Shown here one piece after another: positions 1 through 6,180 of a stretch of 64,000 nt of DNA. The stretch lies in IMG/VR virus record IMGVR_UViG_2974736276_000001, positions 64,001 through 128,000 of that record. One strand, 5' to 3'. The stretch comes from a virus (Duplodnaviria; Caudoviricetes). The position numbers were made by a program, and so were the translations under genes. Position 1 is the first letter of the stretch, and every line of letters begins with the position of its first letter. The notes under the pieces are model-generated. The model worked only from the letters and a program-made list of their open reading frames with translations, had not been told where the DNA came from and searched no databases.

Positions 1-40
1 ATATTCCCTTTATTTTAAGACTCTGGTTTCTCTGCTTTAC

Positions 41-244
41 CTAGTCTATTACTAGGAAGAAGTCAATTGACCAGACATCATATGTGACATCATAAGCCCG
101 ACTTTGTCCTTTGTAATAATTATAAATCTTATCTTCAGCTTGTTCTTCTGATTCAGCTTCTACTGAGACGAATTTTTCTTCAGTCTTATAATCATCGTCC
201 ATATACTCTTGTTTACGGACTTTAATCTTAGCTTGATATTGCAT
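41..244 (-). CDS. hypothetical phage protein
   Basis: ORF with GAGG RBS before ATG at 244; the track's longer start runs into tRNA-Trp. Confidence 0.7.
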   Translation of the reverse strand: MQYQAKIKVRKQEYMDDDYKTEEKFVSVEAESEEQAEDKIYNYYKGQSRAYDVTYDVWSIDFFLVID

Positions 245-260
245 AATTTCCTCACGAATT

Positions 261-334
261 TGGCAGGCCCACAAGGATTCGAACCCTGGCTTCTGAGGTT
301 GGAGCTCAGCGTACTACCACTATACGATAGACCT
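261..334 (-). tRNA. trnW: tRNA-Trp(CCA)
   Basis: cloverleaf; anticodon arm CTGAG-CTCCAAC-CTCAG; encoded CCA. Confidence 0.95.
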
Positions 335-340
335 AAAATT

Positions 341-416
341 TGGTGCCTGCAGCAGGCTTCGAACCCACGACCCCTTCATTACAAGTGAAGTGCTCTACCA
401 ACTGAGCTATACAGGC
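341..416 (-). tRNA. trnT: tRNA-Thr(TGT)
   Basis: cloverleaf; CTTCA-CTTGTAA-TGAAG; CCA end. Confidence 0.95.
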
Positions 417-420
417 AAAT

Positions 421-496
421 TGGTCAGGACAGCTGGACTCGAACCAGCGACCGACTGCTTAGAAGGCAGATGCTCTGTCCTCTGAGCTATGTCCCG
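421..496 (-). tRNA. trnR: tRNA-Arg(TCT)
   Basis: cloverleaf; loop CTTCTAA; CCA end. Confidence 0.95.
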
Positions 497-504
497 AAGA
501 ATTA

Positions 505-530
505 ATTATACTCTTTTATTTATAAAGCAA
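505..530 (-). promoter_or_regulatory. overlapping T4-type middle (MotA box + -10) and late (TATAAATA) promoters
   Basis: minus strand TTGCTTTATAAATAAAAGAGTATAAT. Confidence 0.75.
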
Positions 531-911
531 TTATGGAACAAACACCCGACGGTGAGTAAGAGAGCCATAGTCATAGATGTAGCGATATTCAACTTCAAGA
601 CCAGCAGCCTTTGCAGCTTCAATACCGTAATGCATGCCGCGAGTGATACCAAAATCAACATACACTACTGATCCATTTGCAACTTTCTTCCAGGCTAGTC
701 CAGCATCGATACCCCATTGACGTTCAGAAGGAACATAGTCATTCAAGATTCCAGGCTGAGTGTAAAGCAAATGAGACGCAATTGGTGCTTCACCTTGGGA
801 TAAAGAATGTCGTACACAGGCACGAGCATATTCAACATTCTGTTCTTCAGTACGAGAGATACCATTAAATTCGTATGGAGCAAAAGGAGATTCAAGGATT
901 ACAAGTTTCAT
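531..911 (-). CDS. nucleoside 2-deoxyribosyltransferase-like (DUF4406/NDT-fold) protein
   Basis: VILESPFA..NVEYARAC..PIASHLLY..ER..G..DFGITRGM pattern. Confidence 0.6.
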   Translation of the reverse strand: MKLVILESPFAPYEFNGISRTEEQNVEYARACVRHSLSQGEAPIASHLLYTQPGILNDYVPSERQWGIDAGLAWKKVANGSVVYVDFGITRGMHYGIEAAKAAGLEVEYRYIYDYGSLTHRRVFVP

Positions 912-1351
912 AGCAATTCTCTTAATCGATAAAGCTGATTACAGAACTCTCGTTCAGTCAATACAGTCTCGTTGATTTTATTCTTACCCATTGAGTGAGT
1001 AAGCGTGGATTTATTTGTTGCTTTAAGAGCGCGTTTGAAACCATCATTTGTTCCAAGAGCATCAAATGCTTGTGTCAGCAATGTTTGATATGCTTCTGAA
1101 CTGCGCTGCATTGGAACGCCTTTCCAATACAATGTCTGGTCACGGAACCATTTCTTTTTCTTGCCTTTAAACTTAGCTGACTTACCAACTAAAGTACAAA
1201 CATGTGCTTGCACATCAGGATTGCTAAACTTCAGCGACTGGAGGAATCCTTCCATTGATGCACATTCAACACCATCAAAAGTGAATGGATGAGGAGCAAA
1301 ATTACTTAAAGCACATGAAGGATATGCACTACCTGAACCAATGTCCATCAT
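908..1351 (-). CDS. NADAR family protein, T4 gp30.3-like (guanine ADP-ribosyl hydrolase)
   Basis: PSCALSNFA..F..DG..EGFLQ..K..TLYWKG..LTHSM..T.LTE.EF, as recalled for T4 30.3. Confidence 0.85.
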   Translation of the reverse strand: MMDIGSGSAYPSCALSNFAPHPFTFDGVECASMEGFLQSLKFSNPDVQAHVCTLVGKSAKFKGKKKKWFRDQTLYWKGVPMQRSSEAYQTLLTQAFDALGTNDGFKRALKATNKSTLTHSMGKNKINETVLTEREFCNQLYRLRELL

Positions 1352-1566
1352 TCAGCACCATAAAATTCAGCAATGTCGTAAAAGTCTGTAATGATATTCT
1401 CAATTTCTTTTTCAAAATAAATTAGATGTGGAATGTAATTTATTGGTGCTAGATGATTAGCACATTGTAAACACTGATTACCTAATGCATCTTCATAAAT
1501 CACAGCCTTGGAATGGCCGCCTGATTTCCACTCGATAATAGCAAAACCTAAAGGATACTTTTTCAC
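1348..1566 (-). CDS. hypothetical protein
   Basis: GAGG RBS, GTG start, ATGA overlap with NADAR gene. Confidence 0.65.
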   Translation of the reverse strand: MKKYPLGFAIIEWKSGGHSKAVIYEDALGNQCLQCANHLAPINYIPHLIYFEKEIENIITDFYDIAEFYGAE

Positions 1567-1586
1567 AATGTTTTCCTCACAAGAAT

Positions 1587-1714
1587 AAGTGTACCAGAGG
1601 GACTTGAACCCCCAAGATTGCAGCCTCTCGTCGGGTTACCTCTTACTCAGCTGGATGCTTAAACCAGCGTTTCAACAGAGTTCGCCAATGTGTCTACCGG
1701 TTTCACCATGGTAC
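1587..1714 (-). ncRNA. tRNA-like RNA with greatly extended anticodon arm
   Basis: acceptor GTACCA/TGGTAC, Leu-type D arm, T arm GGGGG-TTCAAGT-CCCTC, long insert, no encoded CCA. Confidence 0.65.
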
Positions 1715-1784
1715 GTGTCTGTGACATATCCGGAATGTCGGAATTAACATCTCACTCTCATATAGTCACATCTTTTACAGACTC

Positions 1785-1854
1785 TAGTGGAGATACCCGG
1801 AATTGAACCGAGGTCAGCGAATTTTGCGCCGTAATTGCACTATACTATATCCCC
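1785..1854 (-). ncRNA. miniature tRNA-like RNA with Ala identity G3:U70
   Basis: GGGGATA/TATCTCC-A, T arm CTCGG-TTCAATT-CCGGG, shrunken anticodon arm, ends ACTA. Confidence 0.65.
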
Positions 1855-1859
1855 GAATT

Positions 1860-1934
1860 TGGTGGCCCTGGCAGGAATCGAACCTGCATCAAGCGATTAT
1901 GAGTCGCTAGCTTGAACCGTCCAGCTACAGGGCC
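1860..1934 (-). tRNA. tRNA(CAT), Ile2 (lysidine) or elongator Met
   Basis: GGCCCTG acceptor, AGCGA-CTCATAA-TCGCT, CCA. Confidence 0.9.
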
Positions 1935-1941
1935 TAATCTT

Positions 1942-2024
1942 TAGTGCGTGCTCTATGCCAGGGTTACCCCTCGCTGGGACTCGAACCCATTAAACCGTAT
2001 TTCCTGAAGTCACTTTTCGGGCAC
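1942..2024 (-). ncRNA. circularly permuted tRNA-like RNA (YrlA/Y-RNA-like candidate)
   Basis: internal T arm TGGG-TTCGAGT-CCCA, then GTAA-capped stem, then TAG; GTGC/GCAC ends. Confidence 0.45.
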
Positions 2025-2179
2025 TTAATTGATAACAGTGAGGGGTGATCAGTCCATCCTCGAGTAATGGGTTTCCTTAAAGTACTCCGCCGCTCGGTTA
2101 GTCTCGCACCTAGCTAAGATTGCTCTTAGGAGGCTCAGCTCTCGTCTCGCAGACATACACTGTTATCAATTAAATGCCC
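2019..2179 (-). ncRNA. structured RNA enclosed by a 22-bp inverted repeat
   Basis: GGGCACTTAATTGATAACAGTG ... CACTGTTATCAATTAAATGCCC (1 mismatch). Confidence 0.6.
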
Positions 2180-2237
2180 TCTTTCGAGGGCTTGCCTTTC
2201 GGCTACCTTGTCGGGCGTTTCCACCTGCTAGGCAAGT
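2177..2237 (-). ncRNA. small structured RNA with GNRA hairpins
   Basis: ACTTGC-CTA-GCAGGT, GCC-GAAA-GGC, CCCTC-GAAA-GAGGG. Confidence 0.5.
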
Positions 2238-2291
2238 GTTCTTTTACTTGATGGATTAATAATAACACTAATATTTTATAGCACTTATATG

Positions 2292-2325
2292 AAAAAGCCC
2301 CGTAACAGATTTCTCTGTCCAGGGC
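2292..2325 (-). terminator. intrinsic terminator
   Basis: GCCCTG..CAGAGAAATCTG..CGGGGC-TTTTT. Confidence 0.7.
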
Positions 2326-2330
2326 GTCAT

Positions 2331-2405
2331 TGGAGGCGGGAGAAGGAGTTGCACCTACGACCTCGAGGTTATGAGCCTCGCATTCTACTACTGAACTATC
2401 CCGCT
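2331..2405 (-). tRNA. tRNA-Met(CAT), initiator-like
   Basis: A1xC72 mismatch, CGAGG-CTCATAA-CCTCG, T loop TGCAACT, CCA. Confidence 0.85.
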
Positions 2406-2737
2406 ATTGAAGCATTTAAATTTTTATGAATTAATATTACACTAGATTCACTATATACACAATTCTGTAATGAAGTAATGCGCCAAGAACCAAACGGCAT
2501 TACTCTAAAACCTTCAGGTGTAAAACCTACTAATAGAGCTACTACTAAACTATTACCACGCGAAACACTTACTAAATCACCTGGTGAAACTTCTCTTTTA
2601 ATCTTATCCAAGCGAGATTCATTGGTTAAAGTTGCCAATGATTTTGGAATAACCAGAGCAGCATTTTCTAATACATCTTGAGCTTGTAGACCTTCATACT
2701 TATTGTAGAAATCTTTAGCTGATTTAGTAATTGACAT
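2396..2737 (-). CDS. Trna.2-like hypothetical protein
   Basis: LDKIKREVSPGDLV..LVGFTP motif; start trimmed to MSITK. Confidence 0.65.
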   Translation of the reverse strand: MSITKSAKDFYNKYEGLQAQDVLENAALVIPKSLATLTNESRLDKIKREVSPGDLVSVSRGNSLVVALLVGFTPEGFRVMPFGSWRITSLQNCVYSESSVILIHKNLNASIAG

Positions 2738-2754
2738 TGTATTTCTCTCATAAT

Positions 2755-2839
2755 TGGTACATCTGATGGGACTCGAACCCATAATCCTCTAGGGCGGGAG
2801 ATTTTAAGTCTCCTGTGTATTCCATTCCACCACAGATGC
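2755..2839 (-). tRNA. trnL: tRNA-Leu(TAA)
   Basis: GGAGA-CTTAAAA-TCTCC, long variable arm, CCA. Confidence 0.95.
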
Positions 2840-2846
2840 ATTGAAT

Positions 2847-2921
2847 TGGTGGGGACCACTGGTAACGATCCAGTCTCTCAGGCTTTTCAGGCGAGCGCTA
2901 ATCCATCTCAGCTAGGACCCC
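2847..2921 (-). tRNA. trnF: tRNA-Phe(GAA), atypical
   Basis: loop CTGAAAA; bulged anticodon stem; T loop ATCGTTA; CCA. Confidence 0.75.
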
Positions 2922-2927
2922 GTTAAA

Positions 2928-3173
2928 TTAAACTAAATGAAGCTCATTAGACATCCACAATTGAGCAAAACGTTCTGAAACTAAAGTAATTCTTGAAGGC
3001 GTTTTAACTCGAGTGCTTACATTTTCAATTTCAACACCGTGAGCATTTTTACCTAATACTTTACCAACTGTTACTTCACCCCAGTCACTCATACCTCGAG
3101 CTTTCAGTGGAGTAAGAACATAATCACCAATATAAACCGGTTTGTTGTACTTGTCTTGAATTACTGGTACCAT
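2928..3173 (-). CDS. Trna.2-like hypothetical protein (paralog of 7324..7602)
   Basis: GAGG RBS; DKYNKPVYIGD..VSERFAQLWMSNEL. Confidence 0.75.
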   Translation of the reverse strand: MVPVIQDKYNKPVYIGDYVLTPLKARGMSDWGEVTVGKVLGKNAHGVEIENVSTRVKTPSRITLVSERFAQLWMSNELHLV

Positions 3174-3192
3174 TATATTTTCCTCATTTAAT

Positions 3193-3269
3193 TGGTCTCA
3201 TACGCTATTACAATGCGCTCCGCACGGAAATGAGAAGTCGTAACTGCTCAGCACCTTATTAATATGAGA
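3193..3269 (-). ncRNA. anticodon-less tRNA mimic with encoded CCA
   Basis: TCTCATA/TATGAGA-CCA; central hairpin capped by UACG. Confidence 0.55.
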
Positions 3270-3274
3270 TTTTT

Positions 3275-3349
3275 TGGTACTCTTACCGGGAATCGAACCC
3301 GGATTTCAAGATTGAAAGTCTTGCGACCTAACCGTTAGTCGATAAGAGC
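3275..3349 (-). tRNA. trnE: tRNA-Glu(TTC)
   Basis: CAAGA-CTTTCAA-TCTTG, CCA. Confidence 0.95.
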
Positions 3350-3355
3350 ATTAAT

Positions 3356-3448
3356 TGGAGGAAGTGAAGGGATTCGAACCCTTGGGCCTGCTTTCACAGA
3401 CCGCCGGTTTTCAAGACCGGTGCAATAATCCATCTCTGCCACACTTCC
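3356..3448 (-). tRNA. trnS: tRNA-Ser(TGA)
   Basis: CCGGT-CTTGAAA-ACCGG, long variable arm, CCA. Confidence 0.95.
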
Positions 3449-3453
3449 AAATT

Positions 3454-3540
3454 TGGTGGGGACGGTAGGACTCGAACCTACGAAGTCGCGATGACAGGAG
3501 GGTTACAGCCTCCACCCTTTGCCGCTCGGGTCACATCCCC
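3454..3540 (-). tRNA. trnY: tRNA-Tyr(GTA)
   Basis: GGAGG-CTGTAAC-CCTCC, long variable arm, CCA. Confidence 0.95.
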
Positions 3541-3543
3541 AAA

Positions 3544-3987
3544 TTATTTCTTATTACGATTTTTACCTGAATTAGTAGGGGTTAAAGCATGACAATTAGA
3601 ACAGAGAATTCGTAAATTCTCAAATTCATTATTATAATGTTCACCATCTATATGATCTAATTCTAATGGAGCAGGTTGTCCCATCCATTCAGTAATACCG
3701 CAAATTTCGCATTTTCTTTCTTTTAAACCTTCCTCAAATAAACGATTCTTTAATTTGAAGGAAGATATTGAACTATTTTTAAATAGAAAATCTTTAGCAC
3801 TTTTCTTTAAAGGAGAACCACATCCTTTAGAGCCAGGATTACCTGCATACACTATACCCCATTTACGCAATAATCGTTTAAGTGTATCATTATTACAGTT
3901 AAGTATAACACACATTTTACTAATTGACGTGTGTTTGCTTATTAATTCTAATATTTCTTCTTTTCTAGCTTCTACATCTTTTCTCAA
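3544..3987 (-). CDS. HNH endonuclease (free-standing, homing type)
   Basis: CEICG..LELDHIDG..NN..ENLRILCSNCH; TTG start. Confidence 0.9.
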   Translation of the reverse strand: MRKDVEARKEEILELISKHTSISKMCVILNCNNDTLKRLLRKWGIVYAGNPGSKGCGSPLKKSAKDFLFKNSSISSFKLKNRLFEEGLKERKCEICGITEWMGQPAPLELDHIDGEHYNNEFENLRILCSNCHALTPTNSGKNRNKK

Positions 3988-3989
3988 TT

Positions 3990-4077
3990 TGGTACCTCAG
4001 GGGAGACTCGAACTCCCAATTGCCTTTCGGACGCCAGGACCTAAACCTGGTGTGTCTGCCAATTCCACCACTAAGGC
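3990..4077 (-). tRNA. trnL: tRNA-Leu(TAG)
   Basis: CCAGG-TTTAGGT-CCTGG, long variable arm, CCA. Confidence 0.95.
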
Positions 4078-4154
4078 ATTACTAAGCATTTAAATGAATA
4101 GATCAATTAGCGATTAATCTATTGGTTTAACTGCTTGAGCTAGTTAAGTGTGTT

Positions 4155-4233
4155 TGGTGGAGAATAAGAGATTCGAACTCTTCTGATATCCTCGGTGCAA
4201 GCGAGGTGTCCACTCCAAGCAGACCCATTCCCC
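4155..4233 (-). tRNA. trnA: tRNA-Ala(TGC)
   Basis: G3:U70, CCTCG-CTTGCAC-CGAGG, CCA. Confidence 0.92.
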
Positions 4234-4415
4234 TAATTGTACATATTAAGAATAAACTTTTTTGTTGCTTTAATTGAACTGCAATCAATACTTTCAAAGC
4301 TTCCGAAAATATTAGTTTTAACATTACCATTCTGCTTTTTATTGATTCTCATTATTTTAGAATCAAATCTATAAACAGAAATTGTGCCATCAGATTCATC
4401 AACAAAGGTTATCAT
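4233..4415 (-). CDS. hypothetical protein
   Basis: ORF between tRNA-Pro and tRNA-Ala, start trimmed to MITFV. Confidence 0.55.
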   Translation of the reverse strand: MITFVDESDGTISVYRFDSKIMRINKKQNGNVKTNIFGSFESIDCSSIKATKKFILNMYN

Positions 4416-4432
4416 GTTATTCTCATTTAAAT

Positions 4433-4510
4433 TGGTCGGAGCGGCAGGATTCGAACCTGCGACCCGAGACATCCAAAGTCCCTACGCTGACCAGACTGCG
4501 CTACGCTCCG
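4433..4510 (-). tRNA. trnP: tRNA-Pro(TGG)
   Basis: CGGAGCG acceptor, loop TTTGGAT, CCA. Confidence 0.93.
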
Positions 4511-4515
4511 AAATT

Positions 4516-4591
4516 TGGTGGGAGTAGCAAGATTCGAACTTGCGACCTACGAGTTATCGGCTCGGTGCTCTACCAGCTGAGCTATACTCCC
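4516..4591 (-). tRNA. trnI: tRNA-Ile(GAT)
   Basis: loop CCGATAA (C33), CCA. Confidence 0.9.
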
Positions 4592-4657
4592 ATTCGAAGA
4601 AAACTTTTATCCATGCACGCATTAGATTTAAAGATTTACATCTTCTGAATATTTATT

Positions 4658-4733
4658 TGGTGCATCGTCATGGAGTCGAACCATGGACCTCGGGATTAAA
4701 AGTCCCTTGCTCTACCAGCTGAGCTAACGACGC
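4658..4733 (-). tRNA. trnK: tRNA-Lys(TTT)
   Basis: GGGA-CTTTTAA-TCCC, CCA. Confidence 0.95.
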
Positions 4734-4735
4734 AT

Positions 4736-5005
4736 TTACCAGATTATAGGTTTCCTGATATACGGATTATATTCAGGATCACGATAAATATTGTGTTTTA
4801 CAAGTTCATCATCAACTTGTTTATAGAATTCAAAATGAACACTATTAAATCCGCCTTGAAGACCAGCAAGTGTAATAGTTGTACTTGATTGACCCATACT
4901 AATACTATCTACGACAAGCATAGAATTTAATTCAAAATCTTCAACTTTCTTCTGATCATGTGCATAACCAGAAGTAGGAGATACAAATTTAGCATATAAC
5001 GTCAT
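4736..5005 (-). CDS. hypothetical phage protein
   Basis: GAGG RBS before MTLYAKF. Confidence 0.7.
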   Translation of the reverse strand: MTLYAKFVSPTSGYAHDQKKVEDFELNSMLVVDSISMGQSSTTITLAGLQGGFNSVHFEFYKQVDDELVKHNIYRDPEYNPYIRKPIIW

Positions 5006-5046
5006 TTTAATTTCCTCATTAATAATCCGGGTTATAGAGATACAAA

Positions 5047-5124
5047 TCGGTGTAACCATCTAGAACCATATTTCAGGGGAAGAAGAATTACTCAGGGTGA
5101 CCAGTTCCTTGCTAACCATTCTCT
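5047..5124 (-). ncRNA. T4 band D (rnaD/species 2)-like stable RNA candidate
   Basis: GGAACTGGTCACCCTGAGTAA resembles the recalled T4 rnaD core; non-coding, inside tRNA operon. Confidence 0.4.
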
Positions 5125-5323
5125 ACAACAGTCTCTATTCGCTAACACAGACATCGTTGAGTAGGACTGTGCGCTCGATTATTACCGCCGGAAGAAGCCT
5201 CAATGTGCTGTTGCCGGTTAATCTTTCTCCTATCGAAGGAACGGAATTATTTTTATAATCAAAGGCCGATAGTTTAACTCGGCACCCTAACACCAAAGTG
5301 TCTCGCTTTTCATTTGATTAATT

Positions 5324-5399
5324 TGGCGGACCTAACGGGATTCGAACCCGTGACGCTCCCGTGACAGGGGAGTATTTTAACCGCTGAAACTATAGGTCC
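5324..5399 (-). tRNA. trnD: tRNA-Asp(GTC)
   Basis: CTCCC-CTGTCAC-GGGAG, GCCA. Confidence 0.95.
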
Positions 5400-5403
5400 A
5401 AAT

Positions 5404-5485
5404 TGGCTGGGGTGGAGGGATTCGAACCCACATTGTCATAGACACGGATTAACAGTCCGCCGCCAAACCGTTTGGCTACACCCCA
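5404..5485 (-). tRNA. trnN: tRNA-Asn(GTT) with long variable arm
   Basis: GCGGA-CTGTTAA-TCCGT, extra hairpin TGTC-TAT-GACA, GCCA. Confidence 0.9.
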
Positions 5486-5682
5486 GTAGAATGAACTCGA
5501 TGAATATCAGCAAGTTCATCAAAAATACTTTTTAGACAAGAGTGAACAAAAACTTTTTCACTTGCACTCATTGTACTATTATTTATAACGCGTTTCATAC
5601 GCTCTTTTAGCTTTTTCTTACGATTACGAACAGTATTTTCTTCTGCTCTTGGGTGCATCGCAAGACTACTCAACCTTTTCAC
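5476..5682 (-). CDS. hypothetical basic protein
   Basis: ORF overlapping upstream gene; stop lies inside tRNA-Asn. Confidence 0.55.
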   Translation of the reverse strand: MKRLSSLAMHPRAEENTVRNRKKKLKERMKRVINNSTMSASEKVFVHSCLKSIFDELADIHRVHSTGV

Positions 5683-5872
5683 CAGTCCAAACTTGGTTTA
5701 CTACACCTTGTAGACCGTGACTGAAATCAACATTCTGATAAATTTTATAACCAGCAAAACCTACACCAATCCAGAATACGAGTATAACTGCAAGCATAAT
5801 GCGCCATACCCAAACAATAAAAGAACGATTGCGGTTAAAACGTTTATTAAAATCAGAGTGATTTGAAATCAT
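5666..5872 (-). CDS. hypothetical membrane protein
   Basis: single hydrophobic segment; first gene after promoters. Confidence 0.7.
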   Translation of the reverse strand: MISNHSDFNKRFNRNRSFIVWVWRIMLAVILVFWIGVGFAGYKIYQNVDFSHGLQGVVNQVWTGEKVE

Positions 5873-5902
5873 AATGTTTATCTCATTTGTTGGTAGAAGT
5901 TA

Positions 5903-5928
5903 ATAATATATCAGAATTCGTAAAGCAT
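5903..5928 (-). promoter_or_regulatory. T4-type middle promoter
   Basis: ATGCTTTA-12nt-TATTAT. Confidence 0.65.
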
Positions 5929-5952
5929 ATTACTATTCTGTACTTGATAGAG

Positions 5953-5981
5953 ATTATAACACACCTACAAGTAATGTACAC
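5953..5981 (-). promoter_or_regulatory. T4-type early promoter
   Basis: GTGTAC...TGTGT-TATAAT. Confidence 0.6.
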
Positions 5982-6003
5982 TATTTTAGTAAAATAACTA
6001 AGC

Positions 6004-6102
6004 ACAGTAAGGAAGGACGCCACTAATACATTCCTTCATATCGTCACGGTCAGCGGCGATTATGTTCACTTGCGATGAACAAATTTTCCGTGGTCTTACT
6101 GT
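6004..6102 (-). ncRNA. multi-helix structured RNA with possible pseudoknots
   Basis: ACAGTAAG/CTTACTGT closing stem, three inner hairpins. Confidence 0.55.
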
Positions 6103-6103
6103 A

Positions 6104-6178
6104 ATCAAGGGCGAGAATCGAACTCGCAACCAGTCAGCCCGAAGCCTCCCACTCTACCTATTTGAGCTGTCACTTGAA
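6104..6178 (-). ncRNA. pseudo-tRNA (intact D and T arms, degenerate anticodon arm)
   Basis: AGCTCAAATAGGTAGAGT and GCGAG-TTCGATT-CTCGC; no CCA. Confidence 0.55.
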
Positions 6179-6180
6179 TT

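Noticed and set aside
1620-1690. Group I intron in a tRNA-Leu
   Set aside because: The insert is far too short and lacks recognisable core elements
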